Source: Phallusia mammillata (Eukaryota). From it: a stretch of DNA of 64,000 bases. Every line of letters starts with the position of its first letter. The stretch's first letter is position 1. The DNA is taken from the NCBI GenBank assembly GCA_965637545.1, contig OZ281496.1, positions 16,802,001 through 16,866,000 on the forward strand. Reading direction: 5' to 3'. Both the position numbers and the translations under genes were made by a program. The notes under the pieces were generated by a model. It searched no databases, was not told where the DNA came from, and saw nothing but the letters and a program-made list of their open reading frames with translations. Shown here piece by piece: positions 1 to 10,799 of the stretch.

Positions 1-1
1 C

Positions 2-270
2 GGATTGAATAACCAGGCTCAATTAAAAAAACGTTTTCACTTTCCAAAATATTTAATTCTCTCATAAATGGCTCAAGAACTTTTGTGAATCCACACTTCT
101 TAATATCAAGTGAATGGGCTGCTGCTAGCAAATGTATGTTTTTTTAAAGCAGAATTGCATTCAGATGGCAAATTCTCTATGGTGTAGTAAAACAAAGCAA
201 GTTCATGAGTTTTAGTTTTTGATCCAAGTGGGTTTACAAATTCAACATCATCACAATAGAGTTGAGTTTG
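2..270 (-). pseudogene. CMC/EnSpm-like transposase fragment (frameshifted)
   Basis: Manual translation gives LYCDDVEFVNPLGSKTKTHELALFYYTIENLPSECNSALKK/fs/IHLLAAAHSLDIKKCGFTKVLEPFMRELNILES, matching the YxDD..NPLG..H..FY..NLP pattern of animal CMC-type transposases. Confidence 0.65.
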
Positions 271-300
271 TAGGGCATGGGGATCAACTTTATACAGGGT

Positions 301-754
301 ATAGAATGTTTGGGAAACAAAAACAAGTCGTTAGAAATTAATAGTAATAACGTTACATATAAATTCAAGTTTAACTAGAAACCAATAGATTACGTGAATG
401 CAAGTAATTGGACAGTAAGCCAAAGAGTTAACTGCGGTAGGACTAAATCTTTTATGAGCCATTACATCAGCGGTGCGTTTTAGAATTTCATAACACATGA
501 CATTAAACTGCACAACTATGCTCTTGCCGTTGGCTCTTGCACATTTTCTCACACAAAAAACAACGACTAATTCACCGCACGATACAAAACATACTATTAA
601 AGCGGGTAAACACCAGATAGCAAAGTCGATCAACCTCCTAATTTAACTGTAACGGGGAATATTATCAAGGCTCGAGCATGTTTAGCAAGCAAAACGAGCT
701 AATTTGGTAAACAACTATTGCAAAGTTTGCACAAACCATGACGCAATCGCTACA
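301..754 (-). repeat. LTR-like repeat; diverged relative of the Gypsy LTR at 43592-44699
   Basis: The reverse complement starts TGTAGCG..TTTGTGCAAACTTTGCAATA and aligns collinearly with 43592-44004 + 44574-44665, ending AAACATTCTAT in both copies. Confidence 0.65.
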
Positions 755-779
755 CTTATACAACCATAGACTAATTAAC

Positions 780-1121
780 TTAACTGATATTGTACAAAGT
801 GAGTGATTTCCAACAGCATGGTACCAGTAAAACTTTCCACAACGAGTCCTTCCAAAACCATGCGAATATAGTGAAAAAAATTAATTCAATTACCGTCCGG
901 CCGTCGATGACCAATGGGATCGTCGTGTTCGACAGGCGGCGCGCCAAAATCAGGACGCGAAAATTGCGAACAAAGGCGTAGATCTCGGGGGAGATACGGT
1001 CAAGCGTTTGAATATTTATTTCACTCATGGTGACAGCAAAAGATTCAAAATCCCTTTCAAACTTTTTTGAAAGGTTCACGAAAATGAATGAAGTTTTTTT
1101 TAGAGTGTAATCATCTGGCAC
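780..1121 (-). CDS. Orphan 113-aa ORF (GTG start) with hydrophobic C-terminus, ending 25 nt upstream of the LTR-like repeat
   Basis: Open frame in a locally GC-richer island; possible splice acceptor (tttattacag) near 1190; faint similarity to ORF 44734-45363. Confidence 0.35.
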   Translation of the reverse strand: MPDDYTLKKTSFIFVNLSKKFERDFESFAVTMSEINIQTLDRISPEIYAFVRNFRVLILARRLSNTTIPLVIDGRTVIELIFFTIFAWFWKDSLWKVLLVPCCWKSLTLYNIS

Positions 1122-1394
1122 AGAGATTCCCTAATTAACAATCAACTTTATTACCTTCTTTGGCGATTTTCTTTCTGTATCTGTCTTTCTGTAATAAACA
1201 CAATACACAATAAAGTTCTCTTGCTAAATTTTGAACGACTACTTTACAATTTAAAACAACTTACTCTGCTGTCAGCTTGTTGCTGCAGCTCACATGGCAG
1301 TTTATAAATTTAACGTCCATCCCTGTTGCAACTCTACATGACAATTAATCAATTTTATAAAACCTAATTAAACTACACCACGACCAATTAATTT

Positions 1395-1495
1395 TTGTTT
1401 ACGGGGTTCGAACCCACGACTCTCCCAGTGACGAATCCCGATCAGGGTTTTTTATTGGGTCAGGCGCGCCAGACCATTCGGCCAAGTTCCTGCCC
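1395..1495 (-). mobile_element. tRNA-Leu-derived SINE, copy 1
   Basis: A box TGGCCGAATGG, B box GGTTCGAACCC, short A tail, 15-bp TSD with 1 mismatch (1380-1394 / 1496-1510); homologous to 39117 and 62198. Confidence 0.75.
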
Positions 1496-1589
1496 ACAAC
1501 CAATTAATTTAAAAGTGCGCTTTCAATAATACGCCTTATTGCGCCACCTACCAGAAATTAGGTCCGTTTGGGGGTAAGATTCTCGTTAT

Positions 1590-2020
1590 GGTGTTCGTAT
1601 TTCTACCCATTTTCTGTTGGTGCCATTTAATGTGTTTCAATTTCAGTTTGTTGCCCAGCCATAGACCTTCTCTGTCTTGCAACTCATCAATATACCGCCA
1701 TTTTTTTGCTTTTTCAGGTCAACAAAAACATTCCAGTCAGCAATAGTATTACGAACAAGCTTCAGTATATGGCATACATCAAGAATGATGTGTATCTTTT
1801 TCCCATTATGTGGCGGGTGTGGAAAGTGAGCCAATAAATTACTGGGATCCAGCTCTTGAAGCATATCGATCACAAGTCAAAGACACTACTCTTGCTCCAG
1901 TGTCAGCAAGTCGTTGGATACAAATTTTAACAATGTTGGTTCGTTCAATGCCATTCAATCCATCAATGTAAAATAAGCACATGGCGTTTCTATGAACTGT
2001 TAACACATACTGCCATTAAA
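1590..2020 (-). pseudogene. P-element/THAP9-like transposase fragment (catalytic region)
   Basis: ..RVVSLTCD.. followed by FPHPPHNGKKIHIILDVCHILKLVRN, the DxxHxxKxxRN signature. Confidence 0.8.
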
Positions 2021-2021
2021 A

Positions 2022-2609
2022 CAAGTGATTCCCGTGCCAAAGGTTGTGAAACATTATCTTCATGGGTCGCGCAGGGTAAAAAAATGGGTCGCGCTATGGT
2101 GGTTCAATTCTGTCCAAACGAACTTTTACCGCATTAAGTAAACACAAACGAATTTACCTAATGTTGTAGTAGTAAAGACCCCTCACTCGACCACGTTGCA
2201 CAGTAAAATGAACTAAGAATTGACAATCGCCTTCTGATTTTTGCTGTTACGCACATGGCGATTGTTACGTCATAGCACGGGGAATAAAAGTTAATCAAGC
2301 AAAACCGAACGTGGAAATGTACCAGTTAGCGTTTGAGGATGAGTAAGTATTCGTACACGGAAACATTTTTAGATTTGGGATTCACTTCTATCAATGACCA
2401 TGGTGCTACAAAGGCACAATGTGTGTTGGGTTATGTAGTATTGTCGAATCGAACTCGTTAAACTTGCAGCCATTTTGACATGGGCAGACTCATATGCGGC
2501 GGCAACGTGGCCTCGAAATTGTTACATTTTTTGATGTTTGAGGCTTGGGTCGTGAGATGTTCATAAAACTCAGATTTGGGTCGCGGTCAAAAAAGTTTGA
2601 GAACCACTG
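2022..2609. mobile_element. Degraded hAT-type MITE inside the P-element
   Basis: Right TIR GTTTGAGAACCACTG (2595-2609); decayed left end CAAGTGATTCCC; internal GGGTCGC motifs. Confidence 0.55.
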
Positions 2610-3125
2610 GCCTATATCAACAAAGCCACAAAACTTCTCGCCATCCTATTCAACATATGCTTCTTAATAGCCATCCCATCCAACATCAACATACCACTTG
2701 TTTGCCACAATCTGCATAATTTTTTACTTTTTCTTTTATTGCATCAAATGAGGGTTTTGTAAACCCTGGCTCTGCAGGAATTTTTAAGTACCATTTTCTA
2801 ATTTGTGCTTAAAGAGGAAGGGCAAACTGAAATGTTTCACGGACAAACTCATAAGCCTTGGTTGAATAGAATTGCGATGGTAATGCAAATGCCCTCAGTG
2901 AGTCTGGGATACTTGGACCCTTCACCTGACTTGCTTTTAACATTTCTACTCATTATATCCAGAGGTACACCTGCCAAAGCTAAACAGTGGTTGTGGTGTG
3001 TCTTACTTTTCTTAGTAAGTGTCTCATTGACTTGTGTGCTATTTTGTGCAGTTGGTTTGTCAATTTGGCCCTCATTCTCTATGTGCTTTTTATATGTGGC
3101 CTCCGTTCTTTATTTTGCTTAAAAT
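2610..3125 (-). pseudogene. P-element/THAP9-like transposase fragment (N-terminal part)
   Basis: KYP..LRAF..FYSTKAYEFVRETFQFALP..IRKW and LMLDGMAIKKH..GEKFCGFVDIG read across frameshifts. Confidence 0.75.
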
Positions 3126-3291
3126 ATGTTAATAGAGAAATGTAAATATATTCTCATTTTTTTTGTGTAGTAATTCTTTTCTTATTATTGAAATCTCCTT
3201 TCAAGTAAAACGCCGCGACGATTCAGGGTCATTAAAATCAGATGAAGAAAATTCAGTGTGAAAAACCGCTAAATCTGTCGCTATGTTTTAT

Positions 3292-3341
3292 CAAAACAAA
3301 TGCATTTCGCTATAAAAAGCATCATCAGTGTCTAAAAACAA
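3292..3341 (-). ncRNA. Minimal type I hammerhead ribozyme (inverted pLTR copy)
   Basis: ACA-CUGAUGA-U-GCU(UUUUAU)AGC-GAAA-UGCAU-U-UGU: full catalytic core, short helix II, palindromic helix III. Confidence 0.7.
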
Positions 3342-3653
3342 AATAAAAAGCGGGATAAAAGCAAAAAATACAAAAAACGCACACACCCAGACCAACCACA
3401 AAAAGCCTATCCTCTGTCTTACAGGACTGCAAATGCAGACCGGCAGGTATGGCGCTGATTAAAACCACGAAAAAAGGCGAGGAAAAGATAAGGGCGCAAA
3501 ACGAAAAAACAAACACGATTGTAGCAATAAAGCGATTGCAGTCAACGAACCGCAGGAAGGACCATAGCTTGAACATTTATTGTGGCGCCCGTTAAAATTA
3601 GCCATTTGTTTTCACAAACGTCCAAATTTTCAGTCCGAGGTTAATTTCGCAAG

Positions 3654-6630
3654 TTGAAAATGCAAATACGTAAAATGGAGAATGATTTAGCCAACATCCA
3701 CAGACAAGCCCACTTCTCCAAATATGCACATAATCTGAAAAATCACAAAAGGACTATTGCAAGAAACTTTATCCGGAAAGTCAACCGACACCCAAAGGTA
3801 CAGAAAAAGAAAAGCTTACAAAATAAGAGAAAACATTGTACAACAGGCCTCACAAGTCATTCTTAATAAATCGGCGTTTAACCTGGACGACAATGACAAA
3901 ATTCTTCTGATGAAAGGTCCAAATTTCGTCGCGACGCCAAATTGGGCAACAGCAGTAGAGACGAACGAATGGCTGAACACTCAAGCACATATCAGAAGAG
4001 TGGAATGGGCACACGTGTTTGAAAATAGCGAAGCAGAGTATGTTGCATTACCACGTAAGCTGACAGTCCCACGACACTCGAGACCAGACAAGAGCCAGCT
4101 AGATGATGTCACCATTGCGTACGTAGAAGGTGTCATGGCAAAAATGCGCAACTTGAAAGAAGAAGTAATCCAGCGGTATAAGAAGAAAAACAACCTTTCT
4201 GTAGACCTACGAAAAAGTTTTCACAAACTTCAATCAATGGTTCGTGACAAAAAAATCGTTATCTGTCGTTCAGACAAGGATGGTAAAATTATCATCATCA
4301 ACTATACTGATTATGACAAGATCATGAAGCGAGAACTAGCACAGTTTGTGGAGCTTGACATGACAGCTGAGGGACTTGTGCAACACCTGGATAAAGTCCG
4401 TAAAATGTGTGACAAGTACATGATGGCGCTCCACGCTGAAGGTGCAATAACTGAAAAGCTTCTCTACGCTACGGTAGGGATAAAATTTCAAAACAACCGC
4501 TATCACCACACACACGGTTGTTTGTCGAAAGTATTTTGCAACAACAACACAGCATATGCCTACCCGTTATTCAAGACGCACAAAGTACAACCGGTCTTGC
4601 TTCCATCCATCGACGCCGCCGACATCCCAATCAGACTACTTCAGTCCGCTGGAAACATCACGACATCACGGATAACGGCATTTCTGGAACTTGTACTCCA
4701 GCCCATTAGTGTGGCATACTGTCGGTCTTTCGTGGATGAATATTGCCGTGACACCCGAGACTATCTCATGCAATTGGACCACTGGAAAACGGCGCATGAT
4801 TCACAAATGCGCCCTAATCGACCTCTTTTTCTGGTTACAGCAGACGTCACAAAAATGTATGCAAATCTGCGCCGCGATATTGTCGCAGAGGCTTTGCTGG
4901 ACGCTACGGCTACACAATCAACACTATCTGCAAACGCTTGCCAATCGCTGATGCAGCTGGTGATGTACTGCCTAAAAAATGTAATAACTCAGTACCAACA
5001 AGCATTTTTTCAGCAGGCAGAAGGAATTGTCACAGGAGACAACCACTGGGTGACACTAAAACGCTGAATGGGCGGGAGATGGCGGGACGTCGTGAAAACC
5101 GCTGAATATCGGGTTAAATTGCTGACGGTTAGTGCTATTAAGGTTGGTATAAAGTTTTATAATAGAAAATCATTAAAAATAATTCCCCCGGATACCTTCC
5201 GCGACCGAGCGAAACATTCAGCGGCCGAGGGAAACATTCAGCGTCCGAGGGAGACTTCCCGCCCAAGCATTTTTGCTGAATGTCAGGAAACAGCTGAATA
5301 AGTTTTAGGCAGGGACATTTTTTGATTCATATACTTTTATAAAACCTCAACCCAACCCTAATAGCACTAACCGTCAGCAATTTACCCGATATTTAACGGT
5401 TTCCGCGACGTCCCGCCCATTCAGCGTTTTAGTGTCACCCCAACCACTCGGTTTCAGTGGCAAATATTACAGCCCATTACATCATCAAACAAGAAGTGCG
5501 TGCTGTGGGTAAAACAGAACTATTTCGCCGATATATTGACGACATAGTTTGGCTGTCGTATGGAAAGACCCGCACGTTGGCTGTGGAACGCGCCTTAAGG
5601 GATAGGTTTGCACGAAATCACCTCGAAATAACCTTCCGCTGCATCTCCACTAACAAAGATGGCTCTCGGCTGGAGTTTCTTGATGTACTGCACATCATAG
5701 ACAAAACCTCGCGGGGTGGTTTTTACACCACCAACTATGTAAAACCTACGGCAAAAGGGAGATTATTCCTCAACGGCACGTCCCACCATCCACCTTGGAT
5801 TTTTAGAGGCATCGTGTTTGGGGAGTGCATTCGTCTCCGCCGACTTAATGAAATGCATGACCGATATAGGTCCAGCCTCTGCGACCTTGAGGCAAAATGT
5901 CGACGCTCCAGTTTTCCATTTAAAGTGTATTCCGCCATACTTACTGCAGCAGCCAAATGGAAGGAACGTTTTGCCCCCCCCAACTTCCAGACACCGGAGC
6001 GAAAAAAGAATTGTTTGGGCGACTTCCTTCACCAACATTCTACGACTGACTGACCGGGAAAGGCAGTTGAAGCCATCAGCGTGTGTAGTCTACAAGCGAC
6101 CCTTCACCATCGGCGCTGCCTTGATGCGTTACAAAATATTAGCGCACGAAACAGCAGATCATAAAACAGGATCTTATCCTTGTGGCAAATGCGCCCTGTG
6201 CGGTCACCACGGCAAATCCAAATCAATGGTTTTTCCGGTGACTGACTTGCGGTCACAACAAAGACTGTTCCACTTACGTCAGCAACTTTCGTGTCGTAAC
6301 TACGGAATATATGTTGCCACGTGTTTGGCGTGTGAAGAACAATATGTCGGCCAAACTAAAAATAAGTTTTCGACCCGATGGAATTCACATCGAGCTGTTT
6401 GGCGGACGTCCGACATAAGTGTAGGGGGTGACCGCGCGGCCCTTCTTCAGCACTACCACAATAAACATTTCCGACTTTTCCAAAAAAAGTTAGGTATTGC
6501 ACAATGCTATAATGTGGTTTTTGTAGAGGAACCTCGGACTGAAAATTTGGACGTTTGTGAAAACAAATGGCTAATTTTAACGGGCGCCACAATAAATGTT
6601 CAAGCTATGGTCCTTCCTGCGGTTCGTTGA
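3654..6630 (+). pseudogene. PLE RT-GIY-YIG ORF, disrupted by a MITE and about two frameshifts
   Basis: SDKDGK, ADVTKMY, TGDNHS(MITE)VSVANI, RYIDD, FLDV, YVKPT, CGKCALC, YGIYVATCLACEEQYVGQT, RWNSH. Confidence 0.9.
5048..5440. mobile_element. MITE with ~120-bp imperfect TIRs (MULE- or Merlin-like) inserted in the PLE RT
   Basis: TIR GGGTGACACTAAAACGCTGAATGGGCGGG; perfect 8-bp TSD CAACCACT (5040-5047, 5441-5448); removing it restores the reading frame. Confidence 0.9.
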
Positions 6631-6831
6631 CTGCAATCGCTTTGTTGCTACAATCGTGTTTGTTTTTTCGTTTTGCGCCCTTATCTTTTCCTCGCCTTTT
6701 TTCGTGGTTTTAATCAGCGCCATACCTGCCGGTCTGCATTTGCAGTCCTGTAAGACAGAGGATAGGCTTTTTGTGGTTGGTCTGGGTGTGTGCGTTTTTT
6801 GTATTTTTTGCTTTTATCCCGCTTTTTATTT

Positions 6832-6882
6832 TGTTTTTAGACACTGATGATGCTTTTTATAGCGAAATGCATTTGTAAAACA
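6832..6882 (+). ncRNA. Minimal type I hammerhead ribozyme (3' pLTR)
   Basis: CTGATGA 6844-6850, GAAA 6864-6867; helix I ACA/TGT plus TGTTTT/AAAACA; predicted cleavage after 6873. Confidence 0.7.
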
Positions 6883-6969
6883 TATAAAACATAGCGACAG
6901 ATTTAGTGGTTTTTCACACTGAATTTTCTTTCTTTTTTTTGTGTATTAAGTTTAATGTTCTAATTCATT

Positions 6970-7672
6970 ATTTCAAATAATACAACTTTTTTATCACCTG
7001 CTTTAGATATTTTGGCAAATTCTTAAATCTAGTGGGAACAGCATCCTCTCTTAAAGTGGTAATTTGGATTCCATTTTTGCCCGTGAATGTAATTAATCCA
7101 GACTTTTCGACGGTCCGACTCTGATGGAAATCTAGGAGCAAATGTATCAAGTAACCTCTAATTAAAATGTGTGTAAAATTGTAATGAAAAAAACTGGAGG
7201 ATATCTTATGAGTTTTACCACTTGCACTACAATCAATACACCACAAAACCAAGTAATTGTATATTAATTAATCCCGCCTGGAATCGAACCAGGGTCCGTT
7301 GCCAAAAAGCGAATGTGATAAACCACTACACCACAGGATTTGACAAAATGTATACACATCACTTGGATATAGGTATTACACTACAATATGTGACTAAGGA
7401 GGGCCTGCTTGTCTCATGCAATTATAATAGTAAAAGATGCGTAATAATAATAACACCTAATGTTCCTAGTCAAACACAACTATAATCAGCTTCGTCTTAG
7501 TTGCTGGCACTGACTCAAATAAACTGTCAAAATATGTGAAAAGTACGGGGATATCTGCGCTTTGTATAGCTCTCTTCATCATTACTGCCTTCGCTGTCGC
7601 TTCTACGTCGTGCTTTTTTACTTTTCTTTTGTTGCAACCGAATGCACAACACTGTACTCCGGCTTTGCCCAT
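6970..7672 (-). pseudogene. THAP domain exons (5' end of the P-element)
   Basis: MGKAGVQCCAFGCNKRK..KRRYPRTFH / intron / RFPSESDRRKVWINYIHGQKWNP..LREDAVPTRF. Confidence 0.7.
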
Positions 7673-8049
7673 TGTACCAGACTACACCAGGTGATCCTTC
7701 CAACATCGCGCTACTAGCCGTCACGGTTGAAGCAAATTGAAGCGTAATGGCGGCTGCAAAAGAAAGCCCCAAAAATGCGTTGGAAAAATGACGATAATTT
7801 TTGTTTTAGGCATTTGCATAGCGATTTTTGCAGATATGATTTGTAGATTAATAGGACACATGCATTCCAGTGTGTAATAACCGATACATATGCGTAGAGG
7901 TGTGCTGGATATACGTTATTAAGTTAGTGTTGAAATAAATCTTTACTGAGCAGTAATAATGTTTTTTTGTGCAATATAAGCAATGTTCGTGCTTTTTTAA
8001 GTATTTTGGACTTAAATCCCACAAGATGGTTATTTTCTCCACACAAGAT

Positions 8050-9150
8050 GATGTGATACTTTGTGTGACATTACCTTACTTATCCAAATTGCTTGTTTTT
8101 GACTGTCATCAAACTCCTGGAAATTCTGAGGAACAAGTGGTTTGAACGTTTTAATCAAAAACACAAAATAAAAATATAATATTTCAACTATTTTGCTCAA
8201 ATATTTTTAACAGTATTTGATTTGTTTTTCTTGATTGAGTGCATTTGATTTGGGTGTTTATTATCTATTATAAAATTGGTAATACTATAAAATTTTACAA
8301 TTCTCAATTTCTCATGAAGTTGTTTCTGTAGGGTTTATATTTCTCCAATAAGCATCATTAATGGTCTCAGGAAAAGTTCCGCTGGAAATGTTTCAGTCTC
8401 TTTCCAAACCCTCAAGCTTTATGGCACTGCATGATTACAGTACGACCTTTTTCTGCGACAATTACACTATGAAGGAATTGGAATCACATTAGATATTTTA
8501 TTTGTGTTTTCTGTTTTACTAGCACTGTGTATGTTTTGTAATCATTTCTGAAGCATAGCCCATGATATACTGCACATTTTAAACTTAATTAACATTTGTT
8601 TTATATCTGGTGAATGCACTATCTGTTATAATGGGATCACCAATAATAGTGATGCATCTGACAATAAATGCAGAATATCTGTACGAACTTGGCTATATAG
8701 TTGCCTTCATTCCTGTTTTGCAAGAAAGAATTTAAGTGTTGGAATGTTGTGTAGGCATGTTTTTTGCAGAAAATTGCTCATTGAATGGAAATGAAATAAA
8801 ACAAGATTCTGACTAAAATAGTACATAAAAAGGCATTTCATTTGGGTGTGAGATCTTAAATGCATTTATGCATGTATCTCTTTGAGATTTTGCAATGCAG
8901 GATCCAAGCCTTCTAATTCACTACAGCTGCTAAAGGTACTACGGAGCTATCAAGTCCTTCTCAGCTATCAGATTCAGCTAAGGTTTTCATACCAGATATC
9001 TTGACACAATTTAATCTAAATGATACAATGTCCAGTTGTGCCAAAATTGGTACAAATGTGCTTTATTTAATTTGTTGACTTGAAAAAATTGCAAAAATGG
9101 TTTACCATTCCTGCCAAAACTATCATCAAATATACTAAAGTTTTGTACAA
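8050..9150 (-). pseudogene. Heavily decayed CMC/EnSpm-like transposase C-terminal part
   Basis: Scattered LIAP, PK.HF..HY-like, SFPF and WIS motifs across many stops and frameshifts. Confidence 0.35.
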
Positions 9151-10799
9151 ATTACATGACCTAAATCACTAATACCATAAAGCGCTCATCAACCTGTATT
9201 ATAATTTTCTGTGAAAAACATAAACAGCTTAGTAATAAAAACAAATCAGTTGTTTGCACGCCCCTGCTCTGGAACATACATTGGTCAAAGGATTGGCAGA
9301 AAATAAACGCCGGCTTGAGCGTTTTACATTTGACAGCGCTTGGATCCTATACAAAGAAAATTTGTGCTCTTCTCAGGATTAGATTGAACCCTTGTCCCAT
9401 TTTGTCGTTTATGTTGTAACCTTGTCGATTTTACTTTTTTCCAGTATATAACCGTCGTAGTAATATAGATCATAGATTTTACGCGAGTTGGAGAAGCGTT
9501 TTCTAACTTTTCCTTCACTCGTTTTCTCGCCTTTTTCTTTTGTTTTGGTAAACAATAACTGGCTTTCATATTTCCCCTTTTCGGTTCCTGTCAAAGTTTG
9601 GAGAACGTTTCCATTTTACAATGAGGCTGCTTGTATTTGTGCCCATATACATCTCTATTCCATGTCGCACACGTTTGTATGTGGGTGGGGTACTGCGTAA
9701 TCAATCCGTATGCAATGACACCGATATGAACATACATAGAAGTTGTTTCATCACATCTACGAGTTTTTGTTAGTTAAACAAATTAGACTATAGCAATGAA
9801 AGTTGTTTTCTTACACGCTTCTTCGTTCAAATTCAAGCAATGATAAGATAATGCGTATTTAGAAGCCTGTTTACATTCTGTTGTTCAGAAAAATGTAAGC
9901 TTTCTCAATTTCAAGTTACTTCAGCATTTCTGATACTGGCTTATTCAGTTCAGTATTCCATTACTTATTTTTTGTTTCACTTCTTCCCAATAGAAATTTA
10001 GAAGAATGCGGCATCATTCCATCAAACGAGATTCCTCTTGGAGTGTTTTTATCAAAATACAGTAATTTTCTTGGCAAATTTGATCATTACCATGTGGAAG
10101 GGAAATATTTGGCCCAATTGTTTTACCCAATTGATCACAACAATCCTGAGAAGAGCACATAGTAAATAACTGAAACCCATCTAACGTAATCCATCTCCTC
10201 ATAATTACTTCTTTCTAATTGTCTTCCAAAACATATGCACGTTCAAAATCACTGTATGAGGCAATTTCATTTCTAGCAAGTGAACCCATCGCAACATGAG
10301 CATATTAACATGGTGGAGTACCTTGAACTGTTACGCAGTACTCCATAATGTCATGCATTGTTGGTTTGCGATATTTTGTTTTGTATTCCCTCAACTTATT
10401 TGACTTTGTAAACTGCCTACTTGGTCTCTCAAACAGTTGAATTTCTGAAGAATTTCTTTTATTTTCTTTTACTGGATTACTTTCATGTTTTTCAGACTTT
10501 GTAAGCTTTAATATTTGGTTGCAAAAGTTTAACGTCTTCAATAGCTTTAGGATCTCTTGCAATTGCTGCATTCAACAAATCTGAAATCTGATGTATGTAA
10601 TTTTCTGCTCATGTTTATCAGCACAGTTCTCGGACATTGTTTTGTAAACCACTGCAATGATAAAGGATTTCTGCACTCTGTACAGGATTTTCTTCCTTTC
10701 CATTGTATTCAAAAAGTTCTCTAAAGGTAGCAGACAATTCTTGAAATTTGTCCTCCATTGCTTAAAAATTAGACTTCAAATAGAATGCCGATCATGCAG

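Larger units (their letters stand above)
3243..6930 (+). mobile_element. Penelope-like retroelement (Neptune/Nematis-like), 5'-truncated, with inverted upstream pLTR
   Basis: RT + GIY-YIG ORF; 3243-3642 is the reverse complement of 6530-6930. Confidence 0.9.

Noticed and set aside
331-633. Conserved ~90-100-aa ORF in both LTR copies (also 43785-44051)
   Set aside because: Both use non-ATG starts, and the similarity is explained by nucleotide homology of the LTRs. It is not fully excluded without a dN/dS test.
2805-3122. 105-aa hydrophobic plus-strand ORF
   Set aside because: It is antisense to the P-transposase remnant.
5068-5301. 77-aa ORF within the MITE
   Set aside because: It lies in TIR sequence and has no transposase motifs.
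6596-6847. 83-aa hydrophobic ORF repeated in the pLTRs (also 3325-3576)
   Set aside because: It is explained by T-rich pLTR composition and near-identity of the copies; it overlaps the GIY-YIG ORF end and its stop falls in the ribozyme core.
10014-10300. SET domain downstream of the YR-like ORF
   Set aside because: The resemblance is faint; the NHS and YDY signature motifs are absent.
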